A DNA stretch of 64,000 bases, from positions 68,360 to 132,359 of the forward strand of contig OZ246403.1 in the NCBI GenBank assembly GCA_965230925.1. Direction: 5' to 3'. The position numbers and the translations under genes are program-made. Under the pieces are notes generated by a model. The model was not told the DNA's origin, did not search any database, and saw nothing but the letters and a program-made list of their open reading frames with translations. The DNA is from an uncultured Candidatus Saccharibacteria bacterium (lineage in GTDB: Bacteria > Patescibacteriota > Minisyncoccia > Phycocordibacterales > JACOZG01). Shown piece by piece: positions 28,972 to 36,811 of this stretch (position 1 is the stretch's first letter; every line of letters begins with the position of its first letter).

Positions 28972-30192
28972 ATGTCAAGCAAGGTAAAAGGTGTGGAAAA
29001 GTTAGTCGACCGGCCTGGCGTGTACTTCTTTAAGCGTGGGCGGGAGATTCTGTATATTGGCAAGGCGACCTCACTCCGCGATCGGGTGCGGAGCTATTTT
29101 AATAAAGAAATTGGCGAGACGCGTGGGCCCAAGATTGAACAAATGTTGGCCCTTGCCACGCGCGTAGAGCATCAGGTAACCGACTCCGTGCTCGAGGCGC
29201 TGATTCTCGAAAGCAATTTAATTAAAAAGCATCAGCCGATTTACAATAGTCGCGAGAAGGACGACAAAACTTTTTATTATGTGGTGCTAACCAAGGAAGC
29301 TTGGCCGCGCGTGCTCCTCGAGCGAGGAAGTGATTTGGCCGCCGACAAAACACTTGATGGTGAAATTTTTGGTCCCTATCCCCACGGCAATGAACTCAAA
29401 GAAGCACTCCAGATTATCCGAAGAATTTTCCCTTTCCGAGACAAGTGCTTGCCCCGAGCGGAGTCGAGGGGTCGACCGTGCTTCAACCGGCAAATTGGTT
29501 TATGTCCCGGTGTTTGCTCGGGAGAAATTAGTCAGTCTGATTACGCCAAAATTATTCGCCACTTAAGGCTGTTTTTCCAAGGAAAAAAGAAATCGCTTCT
29601 CGCTCTTCTCAAGCGCGAAATGAAAGTCGCGGCGCGGGAACAAAACTTCGAGCAAGCGGCGAGAATGAGGAATCAAATTTTCGCCCTCGAGCATATTCAG
29701 GATGTCTCGCTGATTAAACGAAAAAATGTTGAACATTCAATGTCCAACATTAGAGTTGAGGCTTACGACGTGGCTCACTTGAGCGGTAAAAATACGGTGG
29801 GCGTGATGACCGTGGTCGTGGGTAGCGAGCTCGACAAGGCAAGTTATCGGAAGTTTAAACTCCGCGGGGTAACGGCCGAGAAGGCTGATGACACCGCAAA
29901 CTTGCGCGAAGTTCTCGAGCGCCGCTTTACTCACACAGAATGGCCGAAGCCAGATCTGGTAATTGTCGACGGTGGTCAGGCACAGATTAATGTTGCTACC
30001 CAAATTCTCACCCAACACGAACTCAAAATTCCAGTCATTGGCGTAGTGAAGGATGATAAACATAAGGCCGGCCACTTGCTCGGCCGCGCTGACCTGATCC
30101 GTGATTATCATCGCGAAATTATTCTCGCCAATGCCGAAGCCCACCGTTTCGCCATTACCTACCATCGCAAGTTGCAAAGGCGGATGATATAA
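28972..30192 (+). CDS. uvrC: Short excinuclease ABC subunit C (GIY-YIG + UVR + RNase H-like; no HhH tail)
   Basis: PGVY...YIGKA, FE.AA..RN, EAYD.AH, VDGG.AQ, EAHRFAI.YHR. Confidence 0.9.
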   Translation: MSSKVKGVEKLVDRPGVYFFKRGREILYIGKATSLRDRVRSYFNKEIGETRGPKIEQMLALATRVEHQVTDSVLEALILESNLIKKHQPIYNSREKDDKTFYYVVLTKEAWPRVLLERGSDLAADKTLDGEIFGPYPHGNELKEALQIIRRIFPFRDKCLPRAESRGRPCFNRQIGLCPGVCSGEISQSDYAKIIRHLRLFFQGKKKSLLALLKREMKVAAREQNFEQAARMRNQIFALEHIQDVSLIKRKNVEHSMSNIRVEAYDVAHLSGKNTVGVMTVVVGSELDKASYRKFKLRGVTAEKADDTANLREVLERRFTHTEWPKPDLVIVDGGQAQINVATQILTQHELKIPVIGVVKDDKHKAGHLLGRADLIRDYHREIILANAEAHRFAITYHRKLQRRMI

Positions 30193-30201
30193 TTCTCGGT
30201 A

Positions 30202-31653
30202 ATGTTTGAGGCGGGGAAAGAGAAACTCGAAGCCAATGCGTGGCTAATCACCGCGCGTTGGTATTACACGATCGGCATTTTTCTTTTCTTCCTTATTTCC
30301 TTAGTGAGCCGCTCGCGGATGATCGACTTCCCACTCAAGATTACCGTTGAACTTTTTTTCCTCGGACTTCTATTCAACCTCTTCTTCTGGCTCGCGCATC
30401 GAGAAGTTAAGAAACGGGAAAGTTATGAAGACTTGCGCAATCTCTCGCTCGCTCAACTCGGAGTTGAGGTCTTGTTCTTCCTCGTTATTACCCACATCAC
30501 CGGCGGAGTAGAAGGAGTGGCTCCCGCACTTTTCTTTATCCCAATTGTGGCCTCGGTTACCCTCTTTGATCCTCGAGGACCAATTCTCACCGCCCTCGCT
30601 TCAACCCTACTCCTTAATGGTCTCGTGGTGCTCGAATATGGTGGCCTCTTAGAGCAAGCGGGAAAATATTTTGGTCTCCATTTTCTCACCTTCAATGATT
30701 GGTCGGGGGCCTGGGTCCGCGCCGCGCTTATCAGTTTAACCTACCTCATCGTTGGCCTCTTTGCAGGTTATACGGCCAGACTCATTAAGCGTCGCAGTGA
30801 TCTCTTGGCCGAGAAGCTGGTGGAAGAAAAGAATAAAATTAAAGACATTGAGCGGCTCAACCAGGAACTCACCGATTATGCAAAAGAACTTTTCGATAAA
30901 GACTTCGAACTCACTTTGGCCAATAAGCGTCTCCAAATGCTTGAGCAAGCGAAGTCAAAATTCGTTTCTGTTACTACCCACCAGCTACGCACACCGCTTG
31001 CCGCCATTAAGTGGACTTTCCACATGGTCTTGCAAGAAGGATTGGGAAAAATTAATCCGGAACAAAAAGAGTTTCTCCAAAAAGGCTTCGACAGCACCCA
31101 ACGAATTATTTCTATCGTTAATGATCTGCTCAATATCGATTATATTGAAGCCAATAAGCTGGATTATCACTTCATTCCAATTAAACTGGACGAACTAATT
31201 GAGGGTTTAATCTTCGAATTCACCAACCACGCCGAGAGTAAGAAAATTAAACTCAATTTCCTTAAACCCAACAAAATACCGCCAGAGGTAAATGCCGATC
31301 CAATTAAGATCAGCATGGTGCTCGAGAACTTGGTAGACAATGCCATTAAATATACTTCGCCCGGTGGCTCGGTAAGCGTTGAACTCAATGATGACAAGCT
31401 CAATAGCGCCGAGGCTACCCTTGAAGTAAAGGTGATCGATAGCGGTATCGGTATACCGCCCACCGAACAAGAGAAGATCTTCCATCGCTTCTTCCGCGCC
31501 TCCAATGCCGTGAAGCAGAGTCCAGATGGCTCGGGATTGGGTCTTTTTATCTCTCGTGATATTATACAGAAGCATGGCGGTCAGATGTGGTTTGAGTCTA
31601 AAGAAGGGAAGGGGACACATTTCCACTTCACCTTGCCTATTCACCGCAAATAA
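30202..31653 (+). CDS. Membrane sensor histidine kinase
   Basis: Multi-TM N-terminus; HQLRTPL; NLVDNAIKY; DSGIGI; GSGLGL. Confidence 0.95.
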   Translation: MFEAGKEKLEANAWLITARWYYTIGIFLFFLISLVSRSRMIDFPLKITVELFFLGLLFNLFFWLAHREVKKRESYEDLRNLSLAQLGVEVLFFLVITHITGGVEGVAPALFFIPIVASVTLFDPRGPILTALASTLLLNGLVVLEYGGLLEQAGKYFGLHFLTFNDWSGAWVRAALISLTYLIVGLFAGYTARLIKRRSDLLAEKLVEEKNKIKDIERLNQELTDYAKELFDKDFELTLANKRLQMLEQAKSKFVSVTTHQLRTPLAAIKWTFHMVLQEGLGKINPEQKEFLQKGFDSTQRIISIVNDLLNIDYIEANKLDYHFIPIKLDELIEGLIFEFTNHAESKKIKLNFLKPNKIPPEVNADPIKISMVLENLVDNAIKYTSPGGSVSVELNDDKLNSAEATLEVKVIDSGIGIPPTEQEKIFHRFFRASNAVKQSPDGSGLGLFISRDIIQKHGGQMWFESKEGKGTHFHFTLPIHRK

Positions 31654-31680
31654 AATAAGCTATCATTAAACAAACAAACC

Positions 31681-32061
31681 ATGGCAGAAGCAAAAAACAA
31701 AAATGTAATGATTGTGGAAGACGACGAGTTCTTGCGCTCGCTCACAGCTAAGCGCTTGGAGAAAGAGGGCTTCACGGTTACGGTGGCGGTAGACGGCGAG
31801 AACGCTATTGGCACTCTCGCTAACGTGAAGCCAGATATTGTCCTTCTCGACCTGCTTCTCCCCGGTGTGGACGGCTTCGAAGTTTTGAAAAAAATTAAAA
31901 CGACCGATAATCTTAAGTCAACGCCAGTCATTATTTTCTCTAATCTTGGTCAGAAAGAAGATATCGAGAAAGCAAAGTCCATTGGTGCCGACGACTTCCT
32001 CATTAAGGCGAACTTTACGCTCGATGATGTGGTCGCCAAGATCCATAGTTTGGTAAAATAA
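31681..32061 (+). CDS. Single-domain response regulator
   Basis: IVEDD, LLDLLLP..DG, FLIK; no output domain. Confidence 0.93.
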   Translation: MAEAKNKNVMIVEDDEFLRSLTAKRLEKEGFTVTVAVDGENAIGTLANVKPDIVLLDLLLPGVDGFEVLKKIKTTDNLKSTPVIIFSNLGQKEDIEKAKSIGADDFLIKANFTLDDVVAKIHSLVK

Positions 32062-32066
32062 ACTGA

Positions 32067-33041
32067 ATGCCAAGCAAAATTCGGGTTGGGGTCATCCGCG
32101 GTGGTCCGAGCCATGAGTACGATGTCTCTCTCGAGACAGGGAAAAGTGTGCTCGCGCATCTCCCCGAGAAGTATGAGAAGAAAGATATTCTAATTACGCG
32201 CGGAGGCGTGTGGCACTTGCAAGGCTTGCCCGTTACACCAGAAAGACTGACGCAAAATGTGGACGTGATCTTCAACGCCCTCCACGGCGAATATGGTGAA
32301 GACGGCAAAGTGCAGAAGGTAATGGATGATCTGGGATTGCGCTACACTGGCTCGGGACACTTACCTTCGGCCCTCGGTATGGCCAAACACCTCGCTAAAG
32401 ATGTGTATCGCCAAGCGGGGATTAAAACGCCGCCGGGCATGGTGTTCCGTCGCGGTCAGGCGGAGCCACATGAGATGGCGAAGGAAGTCTTCACCAAAAT
32501 TTCTCCCTTCTGGATTGTGAAGCCAGCCGACCGTGGTTCTTCCGTTGGTCTACTCGTCGCCAAGACCTTACCGGAGCTGGCCGAAGCTATTAATACTTGC
32601 TTCCAATATTCATCGCTTGTTCTCGTAGAGCGCTTTATCCAAGGAGAAGAAGCGACCTGTGGCGTCGTAGACAACTTGCGCGGTGAAGAAATTTATCCGC
32701 TTTTCCCCATTGAGATCCGTAAACCTGGCAAGAAAGAAGTGTGGACCTATGATGATAAATACAGCGGCGCAACACAAGAAATTTGCCCGGGCAACTTCTC
32801 GGATGAGGTAAAACAAGAAATTCAAAACCTCGCGGCTAAGGCACATCAAGCACTTGGCCTGCGACACTATTCACGTTCTGACTTTATTATTGCGCCCAAT
32901 GGCCATATTTACCTTCTAGAGACCAATAGTTTGCCGGGCCTGACCAGTGAATCACTTTTGCCTAAAGCCCTCGCCGCCCACGGTATCTCCTACCCACAAT
33001 TCTTAGATCATGTTCTCACCCTTGCGCTAGAGGGAAAATAA
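32067..33041 (+). CDS. ddl: D-alanine--D-alanine ligase
   Basis: GGPS.E..VS, HGEYGEDG, GSSVG, ETNSLPG. Confidence 0.95.
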   Translation: MPSKIRVGVIRGGPSHEYDVSLETGKSVLAHLPEKYEKKDILITRGGVWHLQGLPVTPERLTQNVDVIFNALHGEYGEDGKVQKVMDDLGLRYTGSGHLPSALGMAKHLAKDVYRQAGIKTPPGMVFRRGQAEPHEMAKEVFTKISPFWIVKPADRGSSVGLLVAKTLPELAEAINTCFQYSSLVLVERFIQGEEATCGVVDNLRGEEIYPLFPIEIRKPGKKEVWTYDDKYSGATQEICPGNFSDEVKQEIQNLAAKAHQALGLRHYSRSDFIIAPNGHIYLLETNSLPGLTSESLLPKALAAHGISYPQFLDHVLTLALEGK

Positions 33042-33058
33042 TTTAAGCTTAAAGTCTT

Positions 33059-33131
33059 GGGCCCGTAGTTCATCTGGTAGAACGCCTCATTTGCAATGAG
33101 GAGGTAAGCGGTTCGAGTCCGCTCGGGTCCA
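33059..33131 (+). tRNA. tRNA-Ala(TGC)
   Basis: Cloverleaf; CCTCA-TT-TGC-AA-TGAGG; G3.U70. Confidence 0.95.
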
Positions 33132-33176
33132 CAATTCCTTATTTGCCAGGTTTTGGTTGGTGGGATATTCTGGGTC

Positions 33177-33242
33177 ATGCTTCATAATCGTCAGATAAAG
33201 ACTTGGTCTAGTTTTGTTTGGAACACCTCTCCCGACCGGTAG
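33177..33242 (+). CDS. 21-aa leader peptide MLHNRQIKTWSSFVWNTSPDR
   Basis: TTGCCA-17-TATTCT promoter 5 nt upstream; two Trp codons; stop lies in the antiterminator arm. Confidence 0.65.
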   Translation: MLHNRQIKTWSSFVWNTSPDR

Positions 33243-33295
33243 GGTAAGGGTTGCTTTTTGTCTCTAGCCCCCGCCCTATCGGGCGGTTTTTGTTT
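33231..33295 (+). promoter_or_regulatory. Transcription attenuator (antiterminator/terminator)
   Basis: Terminator CCGCCC-TATC-GGGCGG+T-run 33271-33295; 33231-33244 can pair with 33274-33283. Confidence 0.65.
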
Positions 33296-33322
33296 GTCTT
33301 TTAAAAGTTAGAACAAAAAATC

Positions 33323-34030
33323 ATGATTACTCAACCAATCAAAACCCGTGTCTTCCAGGAAGGCGAAAGCTTGCTTTCATTTATCAAGAAATATCTCAAA
33401 AAGATCCCTGAGAAATCTGTTCTCGTCGTGACTTCTAAAATTGTTGCTCTGGCAGAGAGGCGAACAGCCATTGCCGAAAATGTTCAGAGCAAAGAAAAAC
33501 TCATTCGAGCCGAGAGTGAACTCGTAATACCCACCAAATATGCCTGGCTTACCATCAAGGATGGAATGGTTATGGCTTCCGCCGGCATTGATGAATCAAA
33601 TGCGAATGGTAAATTTATTCTTTTGCCAAAAGACAGCTTCAAAACCGCCCGCCTTCTGCGCCACAAATTGCGGGGGCATTACCGGCTCAAGCATCTTGGT
33701 GTTCTCATTACCGATAGTCGGACCTTGCCGCTCCGCGCTGGCGTGGCGGGTGTGGCCACGGGGTATGCCGGCTTCCGAGGTATTAAGGATTATCGGGGCT
33801 TGCCCGACATCTTTGGGAGAAAATTTAAATTCTCTCGCACCGATGTGGCCGACAGTCTCGCTACCGCCGCCGTCTTCGTGATGGGAGAGGGAAATGAACA
33901 ACAACCTTTGGCGATTATTAAGAAAGCTCCGGTTGAATTTTGCGACAAAGTTCATCGTCAAGAATTACACATCGATATTCAAGAAGACATGTACGGACCA
34001 CTCTTTGCCAAGTTACCCAAACCTTGCTAA
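33323..34030 (+). CDS. CofE-like gamma-glutamyl ligase (F420-0/folate-type)
   Basis: VVTSKIV, SAGIDESNA, ITDS, D.FGR, ADSLA.AA..MGEG.E.QP. Confidence 0.85.
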   Translation: MITQPIKTRVFQEGESLLSFIKKYLKKIPEKSVLVVTSKIVALAERRTAIAENVQSKEKLIRAESELVIPTKYAWLTIKDGMVMASAGIDESNANGKFILLPKDSFKTARLLRHKLRGHYRLKHLGVLITDSRTLPLRAGVAGVATGYAGFRGIKDYRGLPDIFGRKFKFSRTDVADSLATAAVFVMGEGNEQQPLAIIKKAPVEFCDKVHRQELHIDIQEDMYGPLFAKLPKPC

Positions 34031-34125
34031 CCTTTTACTGAACCGTGAGCGGGCACTGCACAGGGTGTGCGGAGGCAAAAGCTCACAATTTGTTCTCCTT
34101 ATTATATTTCGTGGAGGTTGGTATA

Positions 34126-34290
34126 GTGAACACGAAGCAAGGGACTCAGGAAAAAACCCAGGAAACGAGCGTGGCCGATCGAGTGCGGACGAGAATAGCC
34201 GCGCAAGGACGACAATCTGGACAGGACACTGACGCCGCACCAAGGCTACCCGAAAAAAATCACGAGGACAGCAAAAACTCAATCACCTAA
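34126..34290 (+). CDS. 54-aa orphan hydrophilic protein
   Basis: GGAGG SD before GTG; terminator ~34314-34358. Confidence 0.45.
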   Translation: MNTKQGTQEKTQETSVADRVRTRIAAQGRQSGQDTDAAPRLPEKNHEDSKNSIT

Positions 34291-34527
34291 AACACAGAAC
34301 CACTTAGGACCCCGGGCCGGCTACGTTGCTATGAACAACGAGCCGGCCCAAATTTTTTGACTTTTTTCTTTATCCACAGTTTTGCTTTTCAACTCTTGAC
34401 GATGAAAACGAGGGGAGTAAACTGAAAGCTGGCAAGATTCATTGTTCTTTGTTGAATAGTTCCTGGGGCACGGTTGCCGAGGAAAATTTCAGAGAACATG
34501 AGTCACACTGAAAAAGGAGTCATTCGT

Positions 34528-34704
34528 ATGTTGTTTACCATTCGTAACCACATGGCCGCACATGACCGTCGACAACGTGCTTTGGCTGGTCATCTTTCGG
34601 CGAATTTCAACGTGATGAACATGATCGACGACCCTGCTGCCACCACCGCCAACAGGAAGAACACCGCCGCTCCACCTGCGACGACGACCGTTCTCCGTGT
34701 TTAG
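34528..34704 (+). CDS. 58-aa orphan protein
   Basis: DnaA box 34370, TTGACG-16-TAAACT promoter, AAAGGAG SD, terminator ~34785-34828. Confidence 0.5.
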   Translation: MLFTIRNHMAAHDRRQRALAGHLSANFNVMNMIDDPAATTANRKNTAAPPATTTVLRV

Positions 34705-34881
34705 CGCGACGAGCAGCTGACCCGGATTTAGGAACTTTCACTCCACTGCGCTGGAGTGCCCGGGACCGAAAGGTCCCAAAAACAAGAAGCCCTGTAGCCT
34801 GCATGCCAAGTAGGAGCGGGGCTTTTTCATTTTTAAATTCCATTTTCAAACGTAATTTGCTAGGATTGAGGGCGCAAATAG

Positions 34882-34955
34882 GCACCCTTAGCTCAGCTGG
34901 TTAGAGCGTACGATTCACATTCGTAAGGCCCCAGGTTCGATTCCTGGAGGGTGCA
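34882..34955 (+). tRNA. tRNA-Val(CAC)
   Basis: Cloverleaf; TACGA-TT-CAC-AT-TCGTA. Confidence 0.93.
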
Positions 34956-34979
34956 CCCGCTTCGAGGAGCGAGGCGAGC

Positions 34980-35054
34980 CGGGGTGTGGTGTAACGGTAA
35001 CATGTCCGTCTCGGGGACGGATGACTCCGGGTTCAAATCCCGGCACCCCGACCA
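34980..35054 (+). tRNA. tRNA-Pro(CGG)
   Basis: Cloverleaf; TCCGT-CT-CGG-GG-ACGGA; encoded CCA. Confidence 0.93.
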
Positions 35055-35120
35055 AGAGTTATGATATGATGGAGGTGTTCCCAAGGTCGCTTTATTAGCG
35101 TAATACCTGAAGGAAATATT

Positions 35121-35204
35121 ATGGATACTAAATGTGAGAGTTGCGGCCACATGCACAACGCTGGTGAGAAGTGCACAGAAAGTGGTTGCAGTTGCGAAGG
35201 TTAA
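35121..35204 (+). CDS. 27-aa Cys/His-rich metal-binding peptide
   Basis: MDTKCESCGHMHNAGEKCTESGCSCEG; AAGGAA SD; TGaTATGAT upstream; terminator ~35239-35277. Confidence 0.6.
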   Translation: MDTKCESCGHMHNAGEKCTESGCSCEG

Positions 35205-35277
35205 GCTAAGTTTGCCTCATTAGAATAGAGGCCAAAATTCGCTCTGGTTTACTTCCCGAGCGGATTTTGTTTTTTTG

Positions 35278-35374
35278 TGGACCCAGCGAGAATCGGACTC
35301 GCGCCTCGGCAATGCGAATGCCGCGTAACCCGCCCGCAACGCCTGAGCGCGTAGCGATGGCGGGCGGGTACCAC
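35278..35374 (-). pseudogene. Disrupted tRNA-Ala(CGC) with a 40-nt palindrome in the D-loop and no 5' acceptor strand
   Basis: Intact anticodon arm (CGGCA-TT-CGC-AT-TGCCG), T-arm and TGGGTCCA end; element at 35329-35368. Confidence 0.75.
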
Positions 35375-35377
35375 CTG

Positions 35378-35450
35378 TGGACCGTGCCGGAATTGCACCG
35401 GCGACCTCTCGAATGCGAATCGAGTGTTCTACTAACTGAACTAACGGCCC
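35378..35450 (-). tRNA. tRNA-Ala(CGC)
   Basis: Cloverleaf; CTCGA-TT-CGC-AT-TCGAG; G3.U70; non-canonical TGCAATT T-loop. Confidence 0.9.
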
Positions 35451-35511
35451 TCAATGGTTCTACACAATAGCAAAAGGTACTTGAAAAGGGAACTTGCTAT
35501 AATGGTTGGTG

Positions 35512-36804
35512 ATGAAGTGGGTAAACAACGCTGAACAAATTATTGGTAATAAATTGCGTCGTGACGCTCTTGAAATTTTAGAATCTGGCCTAACTGCCAT
35601 TGAGACCAAACACGTAGTGCGGGAAGCCCTTGATTGGAAAAATGAAACCAGAACTCTTTGCGTGCGCGGCCTTGATATTTGTTTTGCTGACTATGAGAGA
35701 ATTTATTTTATCGCAATTGGCAAATGCGCTGTAGCCGCGGCCGAAGTGGCGGAAGAAATTTTTGGCCACGAACTTACTGGCGGCTTTGTCCTTGATGTGC
35801 AGTCTGGTATTTTTTCCAAATTAGTCTCTAGGGTCGGCACTCATCCTCTGCCTTCCAATGATAATGTGTCAGCCACCGAAGATATTGTTTTGCTTCTCGA
35901 CCAAGCCACCGAGCGTGATTTGGTCTTGGTGGTAATTTCTGGCGGCGGTTCCGCTTTGCTCTGTAGTCCCAATGAGATGGGTTGTGACACTTTGGCCAAG
36001 ATTGTGGCTGAACTAATTGCAGGCGGAGCTGATATCAACGAGCTTAATACCGTGCGAAAGCATTTGTCTAAGGTGCAGGGTGGTCAATTGGCAAAAATTG
36101 CTTATCCAGCAACGGTTATTGGTCTAATTTTTTCTGATGTAATTGGTGACGATGTTTCCATGATTGCTTCCGGCCCACTAACCAAAGACACAACAACCAA
36201 AGAGGAAGCTGAACAAATTCTCGCTAAGTACCAAATTGTAACTAAGTGCGCCTTGCCAAGTTGTGAAGTCTTAGAGACACCGAAGGACGATAAATATTTT
36301 TCACGAGTTAAGACCGTGCTCGTGGTCAACAATTTGCGCGCGCTTACAGCCATGGCCAAGAAGGCAGAAGAATTGGGCTATCAGGCGAAAATTGAAACCA
36401 CCACTCTCGCTGGTGAGGCGGCTGAGGTGGGTAAAAGTTTGGCCACGCGACCACTTGAGCCCAAAACCGCATTACTTTTTGGCGGCGAAACCACGGTAAT
36501 TTCTAAAAATAGTTCGGGGCAAGGTGGCCGCAATCAAGAATTGGCCCTCGCGGCGCTTACTAAACTCGGCGATAATCGTCTCGTTCTCGCTTGTGCTTCT
36601 GATGGTTGGGATAATGGACCAGCCGCCGGCGCCATTGCTGATCAAGAGACCATTCTTTCGGTTGAGCAAGGTGGTCTCCAGCCGGAAGTGGCGCTCGGTG
36701 GTCACGATTCCTTCACTTTCTGGTCCAAGACTGATAGTCAGATTATCACCGGCAAAACTGGAGCCAATGTTTCCGATTTAATGTTAATTTTAAAAGATTT
36801 ATAA
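35512..36804 (+). CDS. Glycerate 2-kinase, class II (DUF4147/MOFRL)
   Basis: IGK, HPLP, ISGGGSAL, SDV.GDD...IASGP, GGETTV, GGRNQE, TGANVSD. Confidence 0.9.
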   Translation: MKWVNNAEQIIGNKLRRDALEILESGLTAIETKHVVREALDWKNETRTLCVRGLDICFADYERIYFIAIGKCAVAAAEVAEEIFGHELTGGFVLDVQSGIFSKLVSRVGTHPLPSNDNVSATEDIVLLLDQATERDLVLVVISGGGSALLCSPNEMGCDTLAKIVAELIAGGADINELNTVRKHLSKVQGGQLAKIAYPATVIGLIFSDVIGDDVSMIASGPLTKDTTTKEEAEQILAKYQIVTKCALPSCEVLETPKDDKYFSRVKTVLVVNNLRALTAMAKKAEELGYQAKIETTTLAGEAAEVGKSLATRPLEPKTALLFGGETTVISKNSSGQGGRNQELALAALTKLGDNRLVLACASDGWDNGPAAGAIADQETILSVEQGGLQPEVALGGHDSFTFWSKTDSQIITGKTGANVSDLMLILKDL

Positions 36805-36811
36805 TTATTTT

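Noticed and set aside
35066-35110. Fluoride riboswitch-like GATGGAGGTGTTCCC
   Set aside because: Overlaps the likely -10 box, lacks the conserved 3' part, and no fluoride-related gene follows.
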